The position numbers were made by a program, and so were the translations under genes. Under the pieces are notes generated by a model. It was not told the DNA's origin, did not search any database, and saw only the letters and a program-made list of their open reading frames with translations. From Clostridia bacterium (GTDB taxonomy: Bacteria; Bacillota; Peptococcia; DRI-13; SM3-B62), in assembly GCA_018432615.1 (NCBI GenBank), contig JAHDSQ010000004.1, forward strand, positions 16,203 to 80,202: 64,000 bases of DNA. The letters run 5' to 3'. This document shows positions 46,851 to 55,462 of the stretch, piece by piece. The stretch's first letter is position 1. Every line of letters begins with the position of its first letter.

Positions 46851-47779
46851 GGACATTATCGATGGGGTTTTTATTGGTGTCTTCCGGTATACTGCTTTTG
46901 TATGCCCAGTTTAAGAAAGTTGAAGCCTTTGAACTCCTTGTGAAATGGTGGCCGCTGGTCTTTTTCTTGCTGGGTGCGGAGGTGCTGTTATACGCTTTTC
47001 TCCAAAAGGAGGAAAAGGGTAAAATATCTTACGATGTCTTCAGCATCTTTATGATCATGGTCATAATTTTTGTCGGTTCGGGCTTGTTTGCTTTGACTCA
47101 GACAGGGATTGCAGAAGGATTAAGCAATGTGGTGAAGGCACAGAGCTATAATCTACAGCTGCCGGAAAGGGAATTCATTCTGGAGGATTCGATAGATAAG
47201 ATAGTGATAGCTGCCGATCAGCAAATCAGCTTGGATATCAGGACCAGTACGGACAAAACCGTCAGCCTTTTAGGTGCCTGTTACGCCAGAGCCGATTCTA
47301 CGGAAACCGCCCGGAAGCTGATGAATGATCTGACGGTGGCTACTCACATCACGGGGGACGTCCTATATATTGCTTTCGATACAACAAGGTCGGCAGGGGA
47401 CATGAAATATTATGCCAGGGTAAATGAGTATACCGTTTTTATCCCCCAAGACAGAGGGGTTGAGATAGATGGGGGAAATTACGTGACAATTCAGGGAGAA
47501 GGTATCAAACGTGATTGGTTGGTTAAGTGTGACGGGGCTGTAATCACGATCCCTGCCGATAAAAAAACGGAAATCCTGGCCATTGTTAATGATCCCAATC
47601 GGCTTAAAGGCAACACTGAGTGGGAGATAACCGACAATCCTGAAACGGGGGAGAACATCGGCGATAATACAAATCGTGCCGTAACAAATAGTACTGTCAC
47701 GGGAAGGACTGGAACCGCAGACGCCGAAAACAAGCTGTCTATTGTATGTAGTGGAGATGTCGAGGTCAATAAAATTTAA
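46832..47779 (+). CDS. Membrane-anchored protein with a DUF4097/LiaG-like beta-rich extracytoplasmic domain
   Basis: N-terminal TM helices of LiaF/LiaI-like style, then a repetitive beta-strand region. Good RBS GAGGAGG. Confidence 0.55.
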   Translation: MRQRRVGTLSMGFLLVSSGILLLYAQFKKVEAFELLVKWWPLVFFLLGAEVLLYAFLQKEEKGKISYDVFSIFMIMVIIFVGSGLFALTQTGIAEGLSNVVKAQSYNLQLPEREFILEDSIDKIVIAADQQISLDIRTSTDKTVSLLGACYARADSTETARKLMNDLTVATHITGDVLYIAFDTTRSAGDMKYYARVNEYTVFIPQDRGVEIDGGNYVTIQGEGIKRDWLVKCDGAVITIPADKKTEILAIVNDPNRLKGNTEWEITDNPETGENIGDNTNRAVTNSTVTGRTGTADAENKLSIVCSGDVEVNKI

Positions 47780-47794
47780 GGGCACAAAAAAAGT

Positions 47795-47826
47795 CGCCAG
47801 TCTCTTTTGCAGACTGGCGGCTTTTT
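47795..47826. terminator. Bidirectional rho-independent terminator
   Basis: CGCCAGTCT-cttttgc-AGACTGGCG, flanked by AAAAAAA and CTTTTT. Confidence 0.75.
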
Positions 47827-47840
47827 CATTGGTTACATAA

Positions 47841-48653
47841 TTATGGCTCCGGCTGATAGCCGGATAAAACCTCGACCTTTACCTCTCCCAACCCGTGTGG
47901 CCTAAGGCCGATCTCTTCGGCTGCTCCCCGGGATAAATCAAGTATCCTGCCGGACACATGGGGACCCCGGTCGTTGATGCGGACTACGGTGCTTTTATTG
48001 CTGCCGAGAAAAGTGACCCTTAAATATGTATTAAAGGGTAAGGTTCTATGGGCGGCAGTAAAGCCATTTTCATCAAAGATTTCGCCGTTGTTTGTTTCTC
48101 TTCCGTGGAATTTTCCTCCATACCAAGAAGCTGTTCCTGTAAATGTTTCAACAACCCGATATTGAGGGGCTTCCCGCAGATCCCTGAAAATAGTGAAAGA
48201 AGCGGGTGTTCTTTCGGCCTGGAGGGTTTTTATTTCCTCATCCCAGGAAAAATCATAGTTCATAATCTTTTGGACGAGGCTTAAAGGTATATGGGTATGG
48301 GAATTAATCATTTTCAAAGCAAAAGTCGTGTTTTCATCAACAATTACCTTCAGATTGGCAAGGTCCATCTTCAGCAGGTATTCCTTCTCATCTGCTAGAA
48401 TTCTCGTCGCACCTTCGTGTGGACTCCATTCGATTTCTGCGCCAAAAACCCGAAAAAGCGCCCGGAGAGGAAAATATATCTCTTCTTTTTCTCGGAGAGC
48501 AGGTTGCGTGAAAACAGTAGCCTGGCCGTTGATTGTTACGGTGAACTGATTGATTAGCCCACCTTCTATAGTTTCGTTACCGGGATTTACATCATCAGCT
48601 AAGGCAAGTTGGGGTATCAGAAAGAAAAAGCAGAGCAAAACAAGTAATTGCAA
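47841..48653 (-). CDS. RlpA-like double-psi beta-barrel lytic transglycosylase with a copper-amine-oxidase-N-like stalk domain
   Basis: GTASWYGGKFHGRETNNGEIFD...VRINDRGP motif. Signal peptide present. Confidence 0.8.
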   Translation of the reverse strand: MQLLVLLCFFFLIPQLALADDVNPGNETIEGGLINQFTVTINGQATVFTQPALREKEEIYFPLRALFRVFGAEIEWSPHEGATRILADEKEYLLKMDLANLKVIVDENTTFALKMINSHTHIPLSLVQKIMNYDFSWDEEIKTLQAERTPASFTIFRDLREAPQYRVVETFTGTASWYGGKFHGRETNNGEIFDENGFTAAHRTLPFNTYLRVTFLGSNKSTVVRINDRGPHVSGRILDLSRGAAEEIGLRPHGLGEVKVEVLSGYQPEP

Positions 48654-48842
48654 TCTGAACTGTCTGATAATATCCCTCCTTTCGGAGTCTATAATACTTT
48701 ATTCAGCGATGATCTGTAAAGTTATTTTGGGGACAAACCATATTTTACCGTTTTTATGTGCGTTGCCACGGGTTCTCTACTGTGGTAATATATAACAGAA
48801 CTCGACAGGATACGACAATCTCTTTTTTGGGGGGAGAAGCCA

Positions 48843-50204
48843 TTGAAAAAGATACTGTTTATAATGCTTATAATGATTTTTGCGACCCTTTGTTTTAGCA
48901 CGAATGTTTGGGCGAATTCTTCCGTGGACAATGTGCAGGCAGCGTGGATGGCAACGGTTTTTGGCCTGGACTTTCCAAGCACAAAGGATGATGTGACCGC
49001 ACAGAAAAACGAGTACATAGTAAAACTGGAGGGATTACAGGCAGCCGGCATCAATACCGTAGTGGTTCAGGTACGGCCCAAGGCAGACGCCTTGTATAAG
49101 TCAAATATTAATCCTTGGTCCGACGTTTTGACAGGGACGCAAGGAAAAGACCCGGGATATGATCCTCTGGCCTTTATGATTGAAGAAGCCCACAAAAGAG
49201 GGATGTCTTTCCACGCCTGGTTAAACCCATACCGTGTGACCACCTCGGGAACAGACTTGAATGCCCTAAGTGAGAATCATCCGGCCAGGCTGCATCCTAA
49301 TTGGCTTATCAGCTATAATAATGCCCTGTACTATAATCCGGCACTGCAAGCGGTCAAGAAGCATATCGTCGAAACCGTACAGGAGATAGTAAATAATTAT
49401 GACGTTGACGCTATTCACTTCGATGATTATTTCTATCCCGCAAATTATCCCTTGCCGCCAGGTGAAGGGCAGGACGGGGTTATCGCCAACAACAGAAGGC
49501 AACACGTTAACGAAATGCTCCGGCAGGTGAGCGAGGCTATCAGAAGCCTTGATAAGGAGGTCTTGTTCGGCGTAAGCCCGACAGGAATCTGGAAAAACAA
49601 TTCTTCTGATCCTGTAGGTTCAGCTACCTCAGGCAACCAATCCTATTACACAGTATGTGCCGACACCAAAACCTGGATTAAAAACGAATGGGTCGATTAT
49701 GTTGTCCCGCAGGTTTATTGGGAAACAGGGCATAAAGCGGCCGACTATGAAACCTTGGTCAAATGGTGGGCGGAGCAAGTAAAAGGAACTAAGGTAGCTT
49801 TGTACATAGGGCATGGCACTTATAAGGAAGTAGTTGCCAAGGAGATCGATTTGCAATTGAAAATAAATCAAAAGTATCCAGAAGTTCAAGGAAGTTTTTA
49901 TTACGGACTAGGGAATCTTTTGGACAATAAAGCAGGCTGTAAAGATAAAATTGCCTTGTCAACAAAAACGACAAACCCAACAAAACCAACAAGCAGAGCC
50001 CTGCCAAGTGTTAAAATCGGAAACACCACTGCCAACGTGCTGAATATCAGAAGCGGGGGCGGATTGCAATATGCTGTTGTGGCCAAAGCAGCCAGAGGAA
50101 CCCAGGTCGCTGTTTTAAACAGTCAACAGGGGTGGTACAGGGTGATGTTGCCGGATGGGAAAGTAGGCTGGGCAAGCGCGGACTATGTCCGGGTGGTTAA
50201 CTGA
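48843..50204 (+). CDS. Glycoside hydrolase-like family 10 (GHL10/YngK-like) protein with a C-terminal SH3 domain
   Basis: Signal peptide, a TIM-barrel GHL10-like body, and C-terminal GWYRVMLPDGKVGWASADYV (bacterial SH3). TTG start after GGGGGGAGAAG. Confidence 0.75.
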   Translation: MKKILFIMLIMIFATLCFSTNVWANSSVDNVQAAWMATVFGLDFPSTKDDVTAQKNEYIVKLEGLQAAGINTVVVQVRPKADALYKSNINPWSDVLTGTQGKDPGYDPLAFMIEEAHKRGMSFHAWLNPYRVTTSGTDLNALSENHPARLHPNWLISYNNALYYNPALQAVKKHIVETVQEIVNNYDVDAIHFDDYFYPANYPLPPGEGQDGVIANNRRQHVNEMLRQVSEAIRSLDKEVLFGVSPTGIWKNNSSDPVGSATSGNQSYYTVCADTKTWIKNEWVDYVVPQVYWETGHKAADYETLVKWWAEQVKGTKVALYIGHGTYKEVVAKEIDLQLKINQKYPEVQGSFYYGLGNLLDNKAGCKDKIALSTKTTNPTKPTSRALPSVKIGNTTANVLNIRSGGGLQYAVVAKAARGTQVAVLNSQQGWYRVMLPDGKVGWASADYVRVVN

Positions 50205-50276
50205 GAAGGAATGGGGAAAGCTAGAGCTTAATAGATAATATAAACGGCAAGAGATAAACGGTAAAAGGAGAGCGGG

Positions 50277-51134
50277 GTGGATAAAAAAGCAATGAAAAAG
50301 AGAGACGGACATACGCATACGCATTTCTGTATGCATGGTTCAGGGGAAGATACAGAGGAATTTGTCATCAGAGCCATTGAGCTGGGGTTTGAAACCTATT
50401 CGTTTACAGAGCACCTTCCCTTGCCTGAAAGGTTTCTCAAGTCCCTCTCCTTTACTGCCGAAGAGGAAGATTCGTACCGTATCAAGGATAATGATACCGA
50501 TGCATATATCAAGGAGATGCACCGTTTAAAAAAGAAATATCAGGATAGAATTCAGCTTTTGGTGGGCTTTGAGGTGGATTATCTTCCGGAGGAATATGCC
50601 TTTCACACTAAGGAGTACCTGGGTGAGTACGGGGAGTATCTGGATGACGGCTTGATTTCACTGCACTTTATGCCGGGTGCAGGTGGCTGGTGTGCCGTGG
50701 ATCGATATATAGAGGACTTTGATATGAATATTCTCGGCAGGTATGGTTCCTTTGAGGAATTTCAACTCGCCTACTTTCGAACTGTAGGGGAGATTTTGAC
50801 AGCCGATTTGGGAGAATTTAAGCCTAAAAGGATTGGACACTTGACCTTATGCAATAAATTTCAGACCCATTTCAATCCCGACGGAATCCTGGGGGAAAAG
50901 GTAAAAAACAAAGTAAGGGAAATCCTTGCAAGGATTCGCAGCGAGGGCTTTGAGCTTGATGTCAATACAGCCGGACTGTACAAACCCCAGTGCCGGGAGA
51001 TTTATCCGGCTCCCTGGATTATTGAGCTGGCTAAGGAACAAGGGATTCCCTTGGTTTATGGCTCGGATTCTCATGCCGTGGAGGACGTCGGACGGGGTTA
51101 TGAAGAATACAGGAAAGAGCTTGACAAAGCCTAA
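50277..51134 (+). CDS. Histidinol-phosphatase, HisJ/PHP family
   Basis: PHP motif DGHTHTHFCMHGS and C-terminal GSDSH. Confidence 0.75.
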   Translation: MDKKAMKKRDGHTHTHFCMHGSGEDTEEFVIRAIELGFETYSFTEHLPLPERFLKSLSFTAEEEDSYRIKDNDTDAYIKEMHRLKKKYQDRIQLLVGFEVDYLPEEYAFHTKEYLGEYGEYLDDGLISLHFMPGAGGWCAVDRYIEDFDMNILGRYGSFEEFQLAYFRTVGEILTADLGEFKPKRIGHLTLCNKFQTHFNPDGILGEKVKNKVREILARIRSEGFELDVNTAGLYKPQCREIYPAPWIIELAKEQGIPLVYGSDSHAVEDVGRGYEEYRKELDKA

Positions 51135-51239
51135 TAAAATGGGTAGGATGGACAAAGTAAGAAAACTTAAAGTAAGAAATCTAACCATCAGGATGATCCG
51201 GTTGGGTTTCTTTTTCGTTTGAAGGGGGAAGATTTTGCG

Positions 51240-51686
51240 GTGACGAAAGAATCCCATGAATTCTTAAGCCTACTCCATGACTTTCTATGGATATACCACG
51301 AAAAGGTTGCGGCTGTTATTTATGAACATAAGGGTCTCAAACCGGCGTGTCATAAAAACCAGATCAGGACATTGATCATTATAGACAAAATGGGGACAAC
51401 AACCTTTTCCAACTTAGGGAGAAGGTTGGGTTTAAAGAAGGGGAGTTTAACGACCTTGATTGATTCCTTGGAGAAACTGACTCTGGTGTCGCGGCAGGAT
51501 GACCAAAAAGACCGCCGGAGAGTTTGGCTGCGGTTAACGTCTCAGGGTAAGGAGTATCTGGCTAAGATAAAAAAGATGGATGTGGACAGTTTTTCCGAAA
51601 TCGTTTCGAGCTTATCCCCGGAAGAAAAAAGGACAGCGGTTACAAGCCTCGAAAACTTGATTGGAATTATGGAAAAGATGAAATAA
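51240..51686 (+). CDS. MarR-family transcriptional regulator
   Basis: Winged HTH (TTTFSNLGRRLGLKKGSLTTLIDSLEKLTLVSRQDDQKDRR). The GTG at 51240 follows GAAGGGGGAAG. Confidence 0.8.
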   Translation: MTKESHEFLSLLHDFLWIYHEKVAAVIYEHKGLKPACHKNQIRTLIIIDKMGTTTFSNLGRRLGLKKGSLTTLIDSLEKLTLVSRQDDQKDRRRVWLRLTSQGKEYLAKIKKMDVDSFSEIVSSLSPEEKRTAVTSLENLIGIMEKMK

Positions 51687-51731
51687 AAGAATGCAACAAC
51701 ATTAATAATTACAGATTGGTGGAGACAACAT

Positions 51732-53084
51732 ATGGATCACTCTAAGCAGTTGGGTGTGGAGAAGGTTGAAAAGCTATTATTTAAGCTTTCCGTGCCCGCG
51801 GTAATCGCGATGTTGGTTAGCGCATCATATAACGTAATCGACAGAATTTTTATCGGCAGGGCAGCAGGTTTTTTAGGGATTGGCGGTATTACCATAGCCT
51901 TTCCTTTTATGCTCTTAATGATGGCCTTTGGAATGTTGATAGGATTGGGTGCTAACTCTCTTATATCCATCTCCCTGGGCGAGCAGAAGCAGGAGAAGGC
52001 GGAACTGGTTCTGGCAAACGCTGCGGTGCTGATTATTGCCGAGTCATTGTTTATCACGGTTGTCGGCCTTGTTTTTCTTGAACCCCTATTATACCTGTTC
52101 GGCTCCAGTGAGCAGATATTTCCCTATGCGAAGGCTTATACAGGAATCATTCTCTGGGGGGCTCTGTTTCAGGGCCTCAGCTTCGGAATGAACAATTGTA
52201 TTCGGGCAGAGGGGAACGCCCGTACAGCAATGAAAGTAATGTTGTTAGCGGCGATAGTAAATATTATTCTTGATCCCATCTTTATTTTTGTTTTCGATAT
52301 GGGCGTGGGAGGAGCAGCCTTAGCGACAGTGATCGCTCAGGGGATATCTTCCGTTTATGTCCTTCGCTATTATTTTAAAGGGCCGAGCGTTCTAAAATTT
52401 CGGAGGAAAAACTTCAGGCTGCAGACTTCCATAGTAAAAAGGATTCTTTCCATCGGCTCGGCTTCTTTTGCCAGGCAGGTTGCCACCAGCTTGATGAATG
52501 TCATTCTGAACAAAAGCTTAGTGACTTATGGCGGGGATCTTGCCGTTTCGGCGATGGGGATAGTACAGAGCTTGCTGACCTTCCTCTTAATGCCCACCTT
52601 CGGTATTAACCAGGGTGTCCAGCCTATTATCGGGTATAACTATGGAGCGCGCCAATACGAGAGGGTAAAGAAGGCTGTAAAGCTGGGAATCATAGTCGCG
52701 ACGGCGGTTGTTTGCGTGGGCTATGTTGTCATGCGAGTTTTCCCAGAGCAGTTGATTGGCCTTTTCAGTAAAGACGACGAGCAGCTTCTTTCTCTCGGAA
52801 TCTACGCTCTTTCCATTGCCTCGTTATTTACGCCGGCTATTGGGATACAGGTTATCGGCTCGGGGTACTATCAGGCCGTCGGCAAAGCCAGACAAGCGCT
52901 TTTTTTGGGACTTTCCCGACAGGTGGTGCTGTTGATTCCGGCTTTATTGATATTGCCGAAGTTTTACGGTTTGCAAGGGGTGTTTATGGCTACCCCTGTT
53001 TCCGATATTCTGGCGGTATTGTTAACGGGAGCTTTTATGTACACTGAAATGCAAAACCTTGGAAAAGCACAAGCAGCCAATTAA
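51732..53084 (+). CDS. MATE-family efflux transporter
   Basis: A 450-aa protein with 12 TM segments. The N-terminal LLFKLSVPAVIAMLV is typical of MATE. Confidence 0.9.
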   Translation: MDHSKQLGVEKVEKLLFKLSVPAVIAMLVSASYNVIDRIFIGRAAGFLGIGGITIAFPFMLLMMAFGMLIGLGANSLISISLGEQKQEKAELVLANAAVLIIAESLFITVVGLVFLEPLLYLFGSSEQIFPYAKAYTGIILWGALFQGLSFGMNNCIRAEGNARTAMKVMLLAAIVNIILDPIFIFVFDMGVGGAALATVIAQGISSVYVLRYYFKGPSVLKFRRKNFRLQTSIVKRILSIGSASFARQVATSLMNVILNKSLVTYGGDLAVSAMGIVQSLLTFLLMPTFGINQGVQPIIGYNYGARQYERVKKAVKLGIIVATAVVCVGYVVMRVFPEQLIGLFSKDDEQLLSLGIYALSIASLFTPAIGIQVIGSGYYQAVGKARQALFLGLSRQVVLLIPALLILPKFYGLQGVFMATPVSDILAVLLTGAFMYTEMQNLGKAQAAN

Positions 53085-53089
53085 GGCTG

Positions 53090-53272
53090 CTATCTTTTTC
53101 GTTTCGTATTTGCCAAAAATTCATAAATATCTGTAGAAATGATGGAGACTTTTCCACTGCCAGGGCTTTTAAAATTGCTGGCTATGACTTCATACCCTTT
53201 TGTTGCCTGGCGGACAATGTTGGGGAAATCTTGTTTTGCCGAACTGATGGATTTTTCATCAAAAAATTTCAT
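53090..53272 (-). CDS. Small Phd/YefM-like antitoxin-fold protein (orphan)
   Basis: The 60-aa pattern SISSAKQDFPNIVRQATKGYEVI....KVSIISTDIYEFL resembles Phd/YefM N-domains. Good RBS GGTGGTGA. Confidence 0.4.
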   Translation of the reverse strand: MKFFDEKSISSAKQDFPNIVRQATKGYEVIASNFKSPGSGKVSIISTDIYEFLANTKRKR

Positions 53273-53518
53273 TATAATTCACCACCATCTTTGCCACTGA
53301 TTATATTATAGACCAATATGACCATAATGTCGTACCTATCCAAAATGCTTCCTCCGCAGTGAGGCCAGTGCCTTTTTTGCATCATGCAGTTGACCGCTTG
53401 CAGCATATTCGGTTTCTGCTTCGCAAATAAAGCAAGGCCTTAAACATTTACATAAAAACAGGATAACAAACTAATACTAAAGACACCTATTAAGAAATAG
53501 CACGGAGGGTGTGCGGAA

Positions 53519-53998
53519 ATGAAGAGGAAATACATCGCAAGAATCCTTGTGGTCATGGTTGCCTTTTTATTGGTCGGAGCCTTTCTGTCGGAGGGGCTTA
53601 ACCCTTATAAAACGGTGGCAAACGGCAAAAATGGCGGAACGGTGTCAAGTAATGATGTTTATGTCCTGGCCAAGATTATCAGTGCAGAGGCCAGGGGGGA
53701 GTCCTATCTTGGACAGGTGGCGGTGGGAGCAGTGGTTGTAAACAGAGTCAAGAATGCTAATTTCCCTAACACCGTTTATGGGGTAGTGTTTGAACCGGGG
53801 GCCTTCGAAGCGGTTTCGGACGGACAGTATTATAGCAACGCCAGTTCGACTGCGCTTAAGGCAGCCAGAGTGGCTATCAACGGCTGGGATCCGACGGGAG
53901 GGGCTCTTTTCTACTGGAATCCGTCCAAGCCGGTGTCCAGATGGATTTGGAGCCGGCAAATCATCACACAAATCGGCAGACATGTTTTTGCCCTTTAA
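53519..53998 (+). CDS. sleB: Spore cortex-lytic cell wall hydrolase (SleB family)
   Basis: Hydrolase_2 motif AEARGESYLGQVAVGAVVVNRV. It is followed by ypeB. Confidence 0.8.
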   Translation: MKRKYIARILVVMVAFLLVGAFLSEGLNPYKTVANGKNGGTVSSNDVYVLAKIISAEARGESYLGQVAVGAVVVNRVKNANFPNTVYGVVFEPGAFEAVSDGQYYSNASSTALKAARVAINGWDPTGGALFYWNPSKPVSRWIWSRQIITQIGRHVFAL

Positions 53999-54016
53999 AA
54001 CTAGGAGGTCGAAGTA

Positions 54017-55381
54017 ATGAAAAGGTGGAGATCATGGATTACGACGGGATTGATTGTCTTGGCGGTTGTTGCCGTCGGATATTGGGGATATAGCGAGCAC
54101 CGGGTCAAGCAAGGGCTGCAGAACAGGGCGGAAAGCCAGTATCAAAGGGCTTTCCATGAGCTTTCCTGGCACGTTGATACGATTTCCGGGCAATTGGCTC
54201 AATTGCTCATCAGTGGGGCTAGGGAAAGGGATGTTTTGGGGCTGGCAACTGTATCAAGGCAAGTATTTGCAGCTCAAGCCAATCTGGGGTCGTTGCCTCT
54301 TGCACTTGTACCCCTTTCCAAAACGGAGAAATTCCTGTCTGATACGGGGGAGGTTTCTTTTGCCTTTTTGAATAAGACGGCCCAGGGGGATGTAGCCTTG
54401 GAGGAGGCAGATGAAGAAATCATTGAACAATTGTATCAAAGGTCCCTGGTTTTAAAAGGGGATTTGTCAGAACTGGCGGCGGCTGTTTTGAACAAGAAGC
54501 TTAGTTGGACCGAGGTTGAAGTGGTTGCTCTTCGCGGGAACAAAGATTTGGAGGACAACACGATTATCAACGGGTTTCAGCTAATGGAGAAAAAGATGGA
54601 AGAGTACCAGGAAATCAATCTGGGAGACGATTTTTCCAAAACTAAGCCTGACAGGAAAAAAGTTGAGGGAGAAAAAGAAATCGATCCGCAAGAAGCGGAG
54701 GAAATAGCACGGAAATGGTGGTTTCTGGAGGACGTGGGGCAGCGAGGCAAGTTGACTTATGAGGGAACAGGAGATATACCGACGTATGGAATAGAATTTC
54801 TTTCCTCAACAAATGAAGCCAACCCCATTTATATCGATGTCAGTAAGCTCGACGGTTCTGTGGTCTGGTGCATGAGGGACAAGTCCACGGGTGAAGCGAA
54901 AATTGCTCTTGCGGAGGGAGAGGAAAAATGCCGGGAATTTTTAGAAAAACGCGGTTTCCAAGACACGGTGCTAGTTGAGACCGAGCGGGAAGATTCAAGC
55001 GCTATTTATACCTTTGTTCCTTGCCAGGGAGACGTTTTGCTGTATCCCGAACAGCTTAAGATAGAACTTGCTCTCGATGACGGTGAAGTTGTAGGTTATG
55101 AGGGTTCCTTCTATTATATGTATCATCAAGAGCGAGAACTGCCTGAACCGGTGTTAAGCAAAGAAGAGGTAAGAGCAATGGTTAGCCCTCATCTCGAGGT
55201 GGAGGTTGTTCGCCCCGCTCTGATCGTGAATTACTGGGGCAAAGAAGTCTTGACCTGGGAAGTGAGAGGCTCTTATCAGGAAGAGAAGTTTGCCGTTTTC
55301 TATAATGCTGAAACCGGAAAGGAAGAAGAGGTGGCACGGCTTACCCCGTCCCCAAAATTCCTCTTTGATTTGATAGATTGA
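54017..55381 (+). CDS. ypeB: Germination protein YpeB
   Basis: An N-terminal TM anchor, a YpeB-type N-domain and C-terminal PepSY-like repeats. Conserved sleB-ypeB pairing. Confidence 0.8.
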   Translation: MKRWRSWITTGLIVLAVVAVGYWGYSEHRVKQGLQNRAESQYQRAFHELSWHVDTISGQLAQLLISGARERDVLGLATVSRQVFAAQANLGSLPLALVPLSKTEKFLSDTGEVSFAFLNKTAQGDVALEEADEEIIEQLYQRSLVLKGDLSELAAAVLNKKLSWTEVEVVALRGNKDLEDNTIINGFQLMEKKMEEYQEINLGDDFSKTKPDRKKVEGEKEIDPQEAEEIARKWWFLEDVGQRGKLTYEGTGDIPTYGIEFLSSTNEANPIYIDVSKLDGSVVWCMRDKSTGEAKIALAEGEEKCREFLEKRGFQDTVLVETEREDSSAIYTFVPCQGDVLLYPEQLKIELALDDGEVVGYEGSFYYMYHQERELPEPVLSKEEVRAMVSPHLEVEVVRPALIVNYWGKEVLTWEVRGSYQEEKFAVFYNAETGKEEEVARLTPSPKFLFDLID

Positions 55382-55400
55382 AGATCTGGCAGATTGAAGA

Positions 55401-55430
55401 TTGACAGCTTATGAGGCTCCAACATATAAT
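55401..55430 (+). promoter_or_regulatory. Sigma-A promoter upstream of argS
   Basis: TTGACA, 18 nt spacer, TATAAT. Confidence 0.6.
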
Positions 55431-55462
55431 TGTGGTGGCAGCAAAAATAGGGAGGACACTAC

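Noticed and set aside
55382-55462. A T-box leader upstream of argS, and a pyrG attenuator at 57565-57675.
   Set aside because: The argS leader is only about 30 nt downstream of a good sigma-A promoter, too short for a T-box. The pyrG leader shows no terminator hairpin or GGGC-type reiterative start that I could recognise.
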